A DNA stretch of 63,737 nt, counting the filler, from Rhizaria sp. SCN 62-66 (taxonomy: Eukaryota), in the NCBI GenBank assembly GCA_001724265.1. It is 7 parts of 7 records of this genome, joined end to end, with 100 filler letters (N's around TTAATTAATTAA, not from the genome) between each part and the next. Parts side by side here need not be neighbours in the genome. Positions count along the whole stretch, not along the records: positions 19,184 to 29,663 come from MEDY01000574.1; positions 29,764 to 39,007 come from MEDY01000575.1; 5 more parts are not named here. One strand, written 5' to 3'. The notes under the pieces are model-generated. The model ran no database searches and was not told the DNA's origin. It saw only the letters and a program-made list of their open reading frames with translations. The position numbers and the translations under genes are program-made. Shown here piece after piece: positions 23,046 through 34,540 of this stretch. The number at the start of each line of letters is the position of its first letter. Within the stretch, counting starts at the first letter, position 1.

Positions 23046-24327
23046 GCGAATAATTTAGCTAATAGCATATGCAAGTCAGTACGGGACGTTCCACACGCGG
23101 CGAAACGCTCATATTTCTTGTTCGCTGTCGTCGATTTGCTGCTATCAACTTGCTCAAATAACAGTAAATAACAGTTCTATTTTAGTTGTTTTTTTGTTTT
23201 TCTCAGTGGAACGAGAGTGATATTATTATGTAATCTGTGTTTTAATCAGCGTGTAGCTTTATTTCGGGTTTAAAATGATGATCCTATTATAGGCAGTGTT
23301 CGCCTTGTCATTACCAATCAAGCCATCAATGTGTTTTTGTGACGCATTTTTGAATACACATAACGATGACTTTATTTTGACTTGAAGGGATTTTGTCGGG
23401 TTTGTTTGTTTTTTGTCGGGTTTTGTTGTTGTTTTTATGTGTGTGTGTGTGTGTGTTCCTTTTGTTCTACTCATTCGTGAAGAACGTCATATTTTCATCG
23501 ATCTTCTTCTGTTGCGATCTTTTTCTGTGATAGTTACATTTCCGTCGTAAATCACGTACGGATGAAGTGAAAAGCATCACATTATATTATCACTTCGGGA
23601 TTTGAAACACTTAAATGCTCAGTGTAGGCTTAGTTTACTGTAAAGATTGTCAATATCTGTCCCTTTTTTATCGATGTGGGTGTGTCTTCATCATGTACAG
23701 ATTATATTAATTTTATCAATACATACCATCATACATTACTAGGTCTTTCAGCATGTTCACGCGATCAGGATGCTTTGGAGTGCAGTGGCATACTCCCAGT
23801 CAGAATCAGAGGAGTTGGTTGTGGAGATGGGCTCGCCGCGCGCGGCCGTCTCGGCACACATAGCTTTGCGCAACACAATCATCACGACCTGTATAGCGCT
23901 GTTGCCACCCCCCAAAGCGGTAGCACGCACACGCGCGATGGCGGCGTGGCGCAGTCAACCACAGCTGTCGCTTCCGCCGTGGTGATTGCAACGTGTGGTG
24001 ACTGCAACGGTGACGGCGACCCTCGCAATCGCGGTGCGCGAGCGTATAAAAGATAATACATGTACATGTACTACCGTTTTAAGGCCTAACAGCAGAAATA
24101 TTTATAGCCGACAAAACATTCAGAAACACACTGGCGCAGAAGCCTTTCATCGTGTGAGCTGCAAAGGACGACAAAAGGGGGAGTATATGTACGTACATTG
24201 TAGAGCATGAAATTAAAAACTCATCTCAGAAATAAAATTAAAATAAAAATAAAAAGGAATGAACAAGTTTCCGATATAATGGTCATCCCACAATACAAGA
24301 AGAATCTAACCTCTCTTTCCCTGAATC

Positions 24328-25260
24328 TTAATATGACGCAAAATAGTGCTCATGCGTGTCATCGACGTTGATCTCACGCTCCAGGAACGCGAGATCGTCT
24401 CCCACAACGCGCGCGCGAGCGCGTGCCACAGCTTGCTGACGGGCACTAATGATAGCCGCGGCTGCGACGTCATCTAACAACATCACCGCCTTCCTCCAGT
24501 AGCAGCGCAATGCGAGCACCGCGCTGCGCATCGGTCACAGTGGCTAAACTATCATCACCGCGCTTAATCATTTGTGTGGTCGCTGTTGCTGTTGCATTGG
24601 CCTGTGCATCTGCTCGCACGCCTCCCAAAAAAATGTTGTTTGAGTTTGTGTTACTCTGCGCAGTCAACGTAAATAGCGCTGCAGCAGCTGAGGACGATGT
24701 AGTCGCAGTGGTTGCAGTGGTGTTCTTCTCGTTGACACGGTTTTGTTTGCTGTTCTATCAACCTTAGTGTTGATCGCCTCACGTGTCATCTCGATGCGCC
24801 AGGCACGGATAACAGGACTTCTTTGTTGGCCCTGTGCGTGTGCTTCGCGGAGAGCGTGGCGCAACGGCGTGAGTTGCGCTCTTCCTTGGACATCATGAGG
24901 AACGCGATAACAACAATAGCAATGAACGTTACAGCCAACATACAGATAAGTACTGTCACTATAATCTGTGCGGTGTCGCCAACGGTGCTGACAAAGAGGA
25001 AGTTTGCAAGGAAGAATACCATAAACAACGTGAAGAACGAAACCAACTCAACAAACTCAGGAATCCTGTTCTCAAAAGGTTTGGCCGCAATTTGCGCAAG
25101 AAGTCACACGAAGATTAGCATTGATGCAAGCATAAGCTGCGTGTGAAGCGCGCCAGGGAAGAAGACGGAGATAGCGACGAGGATGATCTTGCATGCCATG
25201 AACCAGTAGAACCGCGTGGGCTTGTAGCCGCGGTAAATGAATGCGTCTTCTGATTTTCAG
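24328..25260 (-). pseudogene. Decayed multi-pass membrane protein gene (TRP-like transmembrane C-terminal module common in protists)
   Basis: One frame reads AFIYRGYKPTRFYWFMACKIILVAISVFFPG..QLMLASMLIFV*LLAQIAAKPFENRIPEFVELVSFFTLFMVFF, with an internal TGA at 25106-25104. Downstream coding-like text hops between frames (ORFs 24664..24864, 24470..24667, 24328..24531). Confidence 0.6.
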
Positions 25261-25732
25261 TACCGCAGCATCATCGGCCTTATGGCTATCAATACACATC
25301 TTCTTTAAGTACCCGATTACTCGTGCGTACAATTGTATGATAGCCGAGTGTGAGGCATTACATGAAATGGATGTGACTCCCATAGGTTCTCATGTTTCGC
25401 TTAGGCAAGAAAGAAAGGCAAGTTGTATTCTTGAGTAAAGTTTTGGACACAAAACAAAACTGCAGCCACTTTTCTTCCTTTTCGTTTTTCTTCAATAACA
25501 GACACACAACGTCACCAAGAAAATACCTCTTTCATAAAAGGCGTGCAAACCACAAAGCCGACATTCAGTTTCGAGAAAGCCCGCGTCGTACGAGTAAGGC
25601 TAAAACAAGGCATACAGCGTGCTTTTTGACCTATAAGGGCATGTAAAGATGATAACACTCCAGAGTCAAAAGTAGTGAACATCATTCGTCGTGACAAAGC
25701 AGACTGAGATTAATCATTGCGTCTCAACAACC

Positions 25733-25777
<45 letters not shown>
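25733..25777. repeat. (AGCA)n tetranucleotide microsatellite just 3' of the papain-like gene
   Basis: About 11 tandem AGCA units are directly visible. Confidence 0.9.
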
Positions 25778-25824
25778 ACATAAAACACAAAAACAAAAAA
25801 AGGCACAGTTACATTGCTTGTTGT

Positions 25825-27309
25825 TTAATTGGGGACAACAGCCATGGCACTCGTGAACATGTTGCACGAGAAGGGCGTGCGCTGCATGTAGAAGTAGCCC
25901 TTCTTCCCAGGGTAATGCTTGCCGGCGCTCTCACCAAACTGGTCGCCCATGGAGTTGCGCATAATCCAGTACTTGCCCAATGCCGCGGACTGGCCGTAGC
26001 CGACAACGACAGCAGCGTAGTTCGAGAACGCCTTGATCCGGGAGCAGTCGTCGCCGTTGTCGAGCAGAGGGGAGCCAGGGGAGTAGTTGAACAGGCCGTT
26101 GCCGATCATGTTCACCGCGATCGGGCCATACTTGTTCAGTGCGTACTTAATCTGCGTCTCCGTGCCGGACACGCGGACGTGCTTGTACTTAAGCTTGGGC
26201 AGGGAATACTTCTCGCGGTTGTACTTGTCCTGCTGGAGAATGCACTTGGTGAGATAGAACTTCTCGCTGCCGGGCTCGTTGTTGAACGGGTGGAACGCAT
26301 TAGTCTGCACAGCGCCCTCGTCAAAGAGCGTGATGAAACCACGGTTCTTCCAGCCGCCGCCGCAGCCGGCGCCCCAGAAGGTGCACTCAAGCAAAGTAAG
26401 AGGAGACAGAGGCACGACCTTGGTCTTCGTCTGTACAGCGATGGCGGAAGACGCAGTGGAGGCGGCGGTAGTGGCCCAGGCGGCTCCGCACGCGTATGTG
26501 TTGTACACAGGGCCCAAATAATCAATGGAAGAGTCGCGATAGTCGAGCGAGGCAGGGAGAGTGGCTTCGAGAGCGGTGAGCTTGGCGGCAGAAAGCTTGC
26601 CAAGGTTCGCGTCGCTGCCGAAGAAAGTGCTGTTGGTGGACAGCTCAGTCTCGGAGTCGACAGAGAGCTCTGCGTCGGCGTCAGCGTCACTGTGGCCGGT
26701 AGCCTCAGTGTCAGCGCCAGTGTCGGCGCCAGACTCAAGGAAAGTGCCGCGGAGACGAATAGTAGCGTCAGCGTCAGCAGGCTTGGACTTGCGAGATGCA
26801 GAGAGACTGTCTTTAGTGTCATCGTAGACATGGAGGTACTGCTTATCCCAGTCCCCACGCTTGCTGACGAAGAACATCGTAGGAGAGAGCTTCTGGCCAG
26901 CAGGACGACGAGTGTTAAGGAACTCCATGGTCCTGATGTTGTCACGGAAAATAGCCATGCGACGGGTCTTGTCAGACTCAACCAAGAACAGGTTGTTGAG
27001 CTTGAGCATGCGCTCAAACTCAGACTGAATCTTCGCCTCAGGCATCTCGATAGCGTCAGCGCCGACGCGGGGAGCGGCAGTAGAGTTGCCAGCGACGGGC
27101 TTGGCAGTCGTTGCAGATGCGGGGACGCGGGTGAGAGGCTTGGCAGCGGGCTTAGCGGACGTAGTCGTGGGATTCTTGGCGTTAGCACCAGCCACCTCCG
27201 ACTCAAGCTCGTGGTGAAGGGTCTCGGCGTTGGCGTTGGAGACCGCGAGCGCAACGGACGCACACAACATCGTCGTGGCGAGGAGTACCATGATACGAGC
27301 GAGCCGCAT
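25825..27309 (-). CDS. Secreted papain-family (C1A) protease homologue with I29 prodomain; catalytic Cys and His replaced
   Basis: It has a signal peptide and an ERFNIN-like RRMAIFRDNIRTMEFLN. The mature domain contains LPASLDYR, PVYNTYACGAAWA, LSPLTLLEC..GCGGGW, YGPIAV, NYAAVVVGYG, YWIMRNSMG..FGE and GYFYM. Ends at TAA. Confidence 0.9.
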   Translation of the reverse strand: MRLARIMVLLATTMLCASVALAVSNANAETLHHELESEVAGANAKNPTTTSAKPAAKPLTRVPASATTAKPVAGNSTAAPRVGADAIEMPEAKIQSEFERMLKLNNLFLVESDKTRRMAIFRDNIRTMEFLNTRRPAGQKLSPTMFFVSKRGDWDKQYLHVYDDTKDSLSASRKSKPADADATIRLRGTFLESGADTGADTEATGHSDADADAELSVDSETELSTNSTFFGSDANLGKLSAAKLTALEATLPASLDYRDSSIDYLGPVYNTYACGAAWATTAASTASSAIAVQTKTKVVPLSPLTLLECTFWGAGCGGGWKNRGFITLFDEGAVQTNAFHPFNNEPGSEKFYLTKCILQQDKYNREKYSLPKLKYKHVRVSGTETQIKYALNKYGPIAVNMIGNGLFNYSPGSPLLDNGDDCSRIKAFSNYAAVVVGYGQSAALGKYWIMRNSMGDQFGESAGKHYPGKKGYFYMQRTPFSCNMFTSAMAVVPN

Positions 27310-28253
27310 CGTGGTACCGACACTAAAGGGAGCGGAGAAACAGCAAAACGAGAGAGTTGAGGTAAGAAAATGAGATATGCAAGGGAAAACAAATCTGAAA
27401 ATTATCTGTTACAATCCGCCAACGTGGGAAGAATGATAAACCTGAATAAAAGAGGGTGAACGACGGAAGCATTGGTTGGGTGTGTGGTGTGATAAGTCGG
27501 TCAAAATTTCGCTTTGTCTGGCGTATAGAATCGGGTATTAAGCACGCGAATATATGTGATCCCCAAGAGTTTACAGCAATCAACACAAAAATGAAAATTT
27601 AACAGCTATTCGACCCTTAAGAGACACACACAAGTCATTCATGTCATGCAGGAGAAGGGAGGCAATTCGTTTGTTATTACCACGCTGCTTTTTGTGCCGA
27701 GCTGAGAAATGACAAATTGATGTGACTGCAGTCGTACCGAAAAAAGATCTGACCACAAACGCTCGCAATTTCTTTGATAAGACTGCACATCAACAGAATT
27801 CAAGTATTATCTATATTAATCCATGATCACATTAAAACATGTTTTATTATCACAATATTTTTGGATGGCCCTTCTGGGCCACAGCAGTCTCTCATGCCCG
27901 CAAACAATACTATATAATAAATAGTTCCCCCTCGTTGCTTTCACCGCACTGCCACAGTCACAGTTCGCAGTCACTACCACGCCAGTCACAGGTCCCAACT
28001 CAGACTGCTGTTCTTGATGCAAGCCTTGACACATCACACAGCCAATCGCAAACGCACAGTTCATGCCCAGCTCAATCTTCTCCGCAAAATACCTCCCAAT
28101 CCCCACGCCAGAGCCAGAGCCAGAGCATGTGCTCACAGTCACACAGCCGGTGACACTGCCTCCGCGCTAAAAATCTTCGCCACAGCCTGTGCCGCAGACG
28201 CAGACACAGACGCAGAAGACTGAGCTGTACTCCTAGCAGAGCTACTACTACTA

Positions 28254-29253
28254 CTACTGAGTACTACTCGCACTCAGTGCAGAAGACGTCATTGCGAGAG
28301 AGTCAAACTCTCCAAGCGTAAACGGCGGCCTCTTAGTGCTTTTATCATCAAGATACGACCCACAAAAGAGCACGCGCCTATGGGACAGCGCTAACGCCGT
28401 ATCATAGGGATCGGCCGGATTAGGCTGCCCAATGCCTGGAATCCGCATCACCCCCGCGTCATAGAGTGGCGACAGCGCCGCAGAGCATGTCGATTTAGCG
28501 GGCGTCGGTGGCATCGGTGTCAGCGCTGTGAATATCGTTGTGACTATGCGTGCGCCGCACGTATGCAAGCAGGTCCTGCAGTACAGCGTGCCTGAGAACA
28601 AATGGGGACATCGCGATCACGCGCACGAGGCGAAGCAAGCGGAGTGACAACGAACGCGTCATCGTGTCCCGACCAGGGTGTGCAAGCAGGCGGCTAACCT
28701 GCTCAATCGCGCCGCTTTGAGCAAGCAAGGAGTAGCCCTGGACGTCATAGAAACCGTCCAACTCACAGCCAGCAATGATCTCAAACAGCCCAATGATGGC
28801 CTCGAATCGCTGTTGCGCAGTCGCATCACCCCTGCTGTTAGAGTTAAGTGACCTGGCAAGCACGGAAATGACGCCGCTCTCGAGGACCACAGTCCAGAAC
28901 GTTGCAAGGCGAAAGCGCTGAGTAATGGTGCCTATAAAGTCGGCCAGGTCCGAAGAGCTCACCAATGCCAAGCTCTTTATCGGGATGAACGCGGCATTGA
29001 GACGACAGAGAAGCTCGTTTTGGGACATTCAATCGTCAATCTCGTCTGTCGACAAAGGAACGTACGGAGCAGTCAAAGTCACAGTGAGTTGTGTGTTGGT
29101 TGCTTGTGTATCCAATACTGCTCGAACAACAAGAGCAATGTGATGGTTGCGACTCAGATGCCGGAAAACGAACTCGCTGAAAGTAACTGCGAGAGGTTTT
29201 GAGGAAAGATTTAACCGGGTGAAGATTAATTTATGGTGAGTTTTATGAAACAA
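28254..29253 (-). pseudogene. Probable decayed ARM/HEAT-like helical repeat gene
   Basis: ORF 28495..29028 has ARM-like text (VLESGVISVLARSL, LAQSGAIEQVSRLL). An in-frame TGA sits directly upstream of its ATG. The same frame continues protein-like past several stops: DAR*IDMLCGAVATL*RGGDADSRHWAA*. GC is lower than in the intact genes. Confidence 0.4.
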
Positions 29254-29663
29254 GACAAGGGATTTGGGCTAGAATACGCCCGGACAGGGGTATGCATAAC
29301 GCCATCTGTGTTACAAAGGCAAATATTGACACAAAGGTGCATGAAATGGGTGTTACATGCTCATTAAACGCCATTCACAAGGCGCAGTCGAACGGCTCAG
29401 AGTTTGTTGATCTCCAAGATGTCATTGAGAGGATAATTCGAGTAAACTCGAGAGAGAATTAAGAATCCACATACTAAGACAGTGGAAAACCTCTTTCAAA
29501 AAACATCATCCGAGTTGACGAAGCCGATAAAGCACTAGCATTGGTTCGAGCACCTTGCCAACCGAGGCTGCTTGCGACCACAAGATCCCTGAAGACAAGC
29601 ACCTCGCCGGTGTTCGTCTAGGAAAGGCATGGTATCGGATATCAAGATAGTAGTAAGACATAT

Positions 29664-29763
29664 NNNNNNNNNNNNNNNNNNNNNNNNNNNNNNNNNNNNN
29701 NNNNNNNTTAATTAATTAANNNNNNNNNNNNNNNNNNNNNNNNNNNNNNNNNNNNNNNNNNNN
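29664..29763. other. Artificial contig linker
   Basis: Same 100-nt spacer. Confidence 0.98.
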
Positions 29764-29764
29764 C

Positions 29765-30376
29765 CCTACAACAAACTGCCCCGAAATTCAACGCAATCCG
29801 CCTGTCGTCGCTGGCGGCCTCAAGCAATTCACTTGTCGGACGTGCAAGAAGACGCAGCCTGTAGGCAGCAGCGCGGCTGACGGCGCTGATGCCGAGAAAC
29901 GCAACGCCGGGTTGCTGACTGCGGTGCGCAACGGACTGCAGGACACCTGTCCAAACCCAAACTGCCGAGTCGTAGTGTACGATTGGGACCACTGTGCGGC
30001 TGTGCAATGTGGCTCATGTTGCAACAACTTCTGCGGTGTGTGCATGAAGTTCCACATTAATGGGGACGCACATCAGCACGTGCGTCAATGCTCTGAAAAC
30101 CGCGAGAAGTGCCTCTTCATCTCCGTATCCTTTAAGGCGGAGTTGCGCTTCAAGCGGCGCTTGGCGCGCGTGTTTAAGGTGCTCGACGCCGCTCCGGAGC
30201 GCGCGCGCTGCGAGGTCGCGCTGTTGTTGGCTGAAGACTCCATCAAGGTCCCTGCCAAGGAGACGAGTTTCATGACTGACGAAGCCTTTGTCAGGCGTTA
30301 CTTGCTCAAGGTCGAGGAAGCAAGGCTCTCGAGCAAGCTGCGCCCCATCGTCCGGCGCTACAAGAACAACCCATGA
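29765..30376 (+). CDS. RBR-type E3 ubiquitin ligase C-terminus (degenerate IBR plus RING2/Rcat-like), 5'-truncated
   Basis: Open from the contig edge: PTTNCP..FTCRTC, then CPNPNCRVVVYDWDHCAAVQCGSCCNNFCGVC..DAHQHVRQC. Ends at TGA. Confidence 0.65.
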   Translation, partial: PTTNCPEIQRNPPVVAGGLKQFTCRTCKKTQPVGSSAADGADAEKRNAGLLTAVRNGLQDTCPNPNCRVVVYDWDHCAAVQCGSCCNNFCGVCMKFHINGDAHQHVRQCSENREKCLFISVSFKAELRFKRRLARVFKVLDAAPERARCEVALLLAEDSIKVPAKETSFMTDEAFVRRYLLKVEEARLSSKLRPIVRRYKNNP

Positions 30377-30977
30377 ACGCCTCGCTTCATTGCCTACACG
30401 CAATACGCGTCTAACATAACTTGCTCCCGACAACTACTGCACTTTATGCGCAGCACTAACGCTGGGAGCGTTCTGGAAATAAAAATGATCTCACTGATGT
30501 GATCATTGTCAGCATGATGTACATGTACTTATTTAATATTATCGCGGCTTTTGCGTGTGTATATTACAGCACACATTCGTTTGTGAGCTGACTGGCACGA
30601 ACGTTTCACTTTATTTTTCAACAAACACATTTACTCAGACCTAAAAGGTCAAATGATACACAAGACTTAATAGCTACGATAACTAAGATAACGCTGAACA
30701 TCTTGTACGTCAGAAAAACAACATGCCTACATGGTCATCGATGACGTGTGAGCTGATGTGATTGGAGTTATTATGTGGTGTGTATTACTAGGTGATGTCC
30801 ATGATGTGCGAACATGAACTTGAATCCACATAATGCAATTATCTAAAGCACTTACAAGTGTTTCATGTTGGTATTACTCGAGTCTCTGGCCTGGCCTCCT
30901 AACATCTCGTCAAATCAAGTTCAGGTAATTTACCCTCAACTTAAACTCAACTCACTGCATCTAAGCCCCTCAAGCAC

Positions 30978-33335
30978 TCACTACTCGCCCTCGTCGACCT
31001 CGTCGATGATGCCCGCGGCGGCGCGCGCCTCGGCGGCCGCGGCCTCCTCCTCGGCCTTAGCGCGCGCCTCCTCTTCCTCGCGCTCGCGCTGCGCACGCGC
31101 GCGCGCGCGCTCGTCTGCGCGCGCGCGGCGGTGCTCGCGGGCTGCGCGGCGCATCAGCGCCACGGCGTCCTCGACGAAGCCCATGAGCTCGGCGGCGATG
31201 TAGTTGGTCGCGGCCACGGCCTCGGGGTCGACGCCCGCGAGTAGCAGTTCCAGCGCCGCGGGCGCGTCGCGCGCGGCCGGGTCCGAGCCCGTAGTCGCGG
31301 TGTACGGGTCCGCCGCCGCCGCCGCAGTCGCCGGGTCGGCTGCCGCGGAGGCCAGGCTCGCAGCTTCGCGCGCGGCGGCCTTACGGTCGCGCTTGAACTT
31401 GCGCACCGCGGCCGCCTCGACCGCCTCCTGGTTCAGCGCGGGGGCCCCGCTGCCGTCCACACCCGACTGCTGCTGCTGCTGCTGCTGTTGCTGCTGTGCG
31501 TGCTTGGCGAGCGCTTGCTGGACCGCGGCGGCCTGCGCGGCCTCGAGCGCGCGCTCCTGCTCAACCACCGCGGTGGCAAAGTGCACGCGCGGGGAGAAGT
31601 CCTCGATGCGCCGGATGAGGTCGTCGTCAAACAGCGCGCGCATCTTGAGCCAGTCGGGCCGGTTGTCCGAGTCGGCGATCTGCGCCTGCGAGTAGCCCAG
31701 CAGGTACAGTAGCGCCTGCACGACAGGGAGCGGGCCGCGGAAGACGTTGTAGCCGCGCATCTCGAGCACCTGCTGGCGCAGCGAAAGCACGAGCGCCTGC
31801 CGGTGCTCGAACGCCGCGTCCTCGCGCGCGACGGCCAGCGCGCCGCCCTCGCCGTCCTCGCCCTCTTCGCCCTCGGAGGCGGCCGCGGGGACGGCGCCCG
31901 AGGCGGCGGCCGCGGCGGCGCGCTCGCGGCGGGTCTGCTCGACGAGCTGGTCGATCTCATCCCGGCGCGCGTCCTCGTCCTTGGGCACAACGCCCGCCAG
32001 CACGGCCGCGATGGCGGCGCGCGCCTTGCGCTCGCGGCGGTACGTCTCGCGGTCGATGCGCAGCAGCGTGTCCTGCAGCAGCTGCGCCAGCCGCGTCGCG
32101 TAGCCCACCTGCTCATCCGACAGGCGCCTGCCCTGCCCCAGCGTGTCGAGGCACACTGCGAAGGCAAGCTTGCGCTTCGAGAGGCGCGAGATGACCGTCT
32201 CTTCGTCGGCCTTAGCCTTGGCGACGGCCTCCTTGGCCTCGCGCGCGGCGCGCTCCTCGTCGCTCTCGACGGGCTTAGCAGCCTCGGCGGCGGCCTTGAC
32301 GGCCTCGGCCTCGGCCTCGCGCGCGTCGCGCTCTGCGCGCTCCTCCTCGGTCATCTCCTCGTCCTCCTCGGCGCGCACGCGGCGGCGCTCCTCCTCCTCC
32401 TCGGCCGCGGCCAGCTTGCGCTCCTCCTCGTCGGCCGCGCGCTGCTCCGCCTCCTCGGCCTGCTGCTCGCGGAGCTCGCGCTCGCGCTCCTCGGCCTCGT
32501 CGAAGGCCGCGTCCTGCAGACACGACTCGTAGTGCACGCGCACGGCCAGGTAGCAGCCCGCGTCGGGCAGCCCGAAGAGCTTGACCTGCTCGGCGCGCGC
32601 GCCCTGCAGCACGTTGGGCACGAAGACGGTGCGCGGCACCGGCGCGGGCTTGGGCAGCAGGCGCGAGACGTACTCGCCGGTAGCCTCGTCCAGGACCTCC
32701 TCGTACTCGTCCTCGACCGGCTCCTCGGGCTCGAACAGGTCGTGCGTGACGCCCTCGCCGAAGCTCAGCCGCTCCTTGAGCATGTCCACGGGGCCCGCGC
32801 CGGCGGACGAGGAGGACGACGCGTCGCTGCTGTTGCTGTTGCTGCTTTCTGGGACGGCGGGGGCAGCGGCAACGTACTTAAGGTAGTCGCCAGTAGCGTC
32901 GCGCTCGTAGCCCGAGGCCTCGCCGCCGGCGGCGTCGTAGGGGTCGTTGCGCAGCTCGGCGATGTACACGGCCGAGGCGTCGGTGGCATCGCGCAGCAGC
33001 TCACAGAAGCGCTGCAGCAGCCCCTCAAGCGAGTGAGCGCCGCGCAGGAAGGCGGTGAAGTGGTCCGCGCGCGCGGTGGCGTCGGCCGTCGCGGCCGCGG
33101 TCGCCGCCGCGGTGACCTCGGCCTTGCGCGCCTCAGCCTGCGTGTGCGCCTCGTCGCGCGTGGCCAGCGTGCGCGTCTTGTGCTCCGCACGCGCCTTTGC
33201 GGCCTTGGCAGCGACGTAGTCGCGGAGGTAGTGGGCGAGGAACTCGACCTGGTCCTGGGGCTGGCGCAGCACAACCTGCGTGAGGCCCTCGGACAGCACG
33301 TCGCCCACGTTCTCTTTCAGGTACGCAGCGTCCAT
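30978..33335 (-). CDS. DPY30-domain axonemal protein, radial spoke protein 2 (RSP2)-like; ends ...GAG TAG TGA
   Basis: The N-terminal Dpy-30 motif is MDAAYLKENVGDVLSEGLTQVVLRQPQDQVEFLAHYL. It is followed by a GAF-like segment (ASAVYIAEL, YLKYVAA, GEGVTHDLF, FVPNVL, GCYLAV, VCLDTLG) and Glu-rich coils. The ATG at 33335 follows a pyrimidine tract and CAG. Confidence 0.7.
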
Positions 33336-34183
33336 GCAGCTGGGGAGAAAGAAAGCGAAAACAAGATGCAAAGGTAGAGAAAGATTGTAGAAGTGAGTAA
33401 AACGATGTTAGTTAGGTCACAGGCAAGAAATGAAAGCAGGAGTGTCGCGGGTAGCAAAGAATAACGTTCGACTTGGAGTGGGAGGAAGAGTTGATAATGA
33501 AGCAAAGGATAAGTCACAAAGACGAGCTTGGGACAAGCCTCGATTAAATGAACAAATAAAAACGGTATTAATTAATCGTAATCCCAAACGACAATCCGTT
33601 CGACGGTGGTCTGACTCGCTGCCAGTCAGTAACGGACGGGGCGAAACAACGAGCCAGCAAGGTCAACGAAGCAAACGGGCGGCCGAGCTGTGGCTCGGCG
33701 GCCTAATTTCGTCCCCACCAAGTCGACTTGGACCACCACCAGCAGCGTTCCACAGCAAACACACCATAGAACCGGCGGGACGGGAACTGGTCTCGCGCGG
33801 CGTGAATATGCATTTTTAGTGGGTCGTGATATAAAGGCATATATGAAGAGTGACTTTTGTGCATTATGGCGATATTCGCGGCATGTTCTACGATCAACAG
33901 CGTGCTACAGCAGCTATGCCGCCGCTTGTTTCGCCACGCCTAATGGACTTGAAAGCCGTCCTCCGCTCTGCACGTTTCACGCCATTCCCTCGACTCTTGC
34001 CTTGTTCTCGCAACCACCATACGATATCTTCGCACTTTTTTTATTGCATATTACGATATGCACTCGCCATCTCTCTATTAATCCCTTCAAGCATCGCCTC
34101 TAACATGTCGCCTTTCCCTGTGCCCCACTTTCTCGCTTCCTCTCTCTGCTTCCCCGCGCGTGCAGAGACTGCTTTCGCGCGCC

Positions 34184-34506
34184 ATGTTCGCCGCCACCCG
34201 CACCAAGACTTCTTCGCTGCTGCTTGCGCCGCTGGTGCGCTTCTCGGCCCCCGCGGCCGCCGCGCCCGCCGTGCCGGCCGCGCTGGTGAAAAAGCTCCGC
34301 GACGCGACGGGCTCGCCGCTGATGGAGTGCAAGAAGGCGCTGGGTGCCGTACTCGCCGACGGGCCCCTGGAGGACTCGCCCGCCATGAAGGCCGCCATCG
34401 AGTGGCTGCGCAAGAAGGGCACCACGCTCGCGGCCAGCAAGTCGTCGCGCGCCGCCAAGGAGGGAGTGGTGGTCTTCGCCGTGAGCAAGGACAAGAAGAC
34501 GGGCGC

Positions 34507-34540
<34 letters not shown>

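Noticed and set aside
23676-24210. Short GC-richer island with small ORFs
   Set aside because: It has no motif, stops in all frames and no convincing splice sites. It may be a gene relic but cannot be supported.
25104-25106. In-frame TGA here and TAA/TGA at 28497-28340 as evidence that other stops are reassigned
   Set aside because: They occur only in regions that look decayed, one of them with frameshifts. TAA and TGA cleanly end all 18 intact genes.
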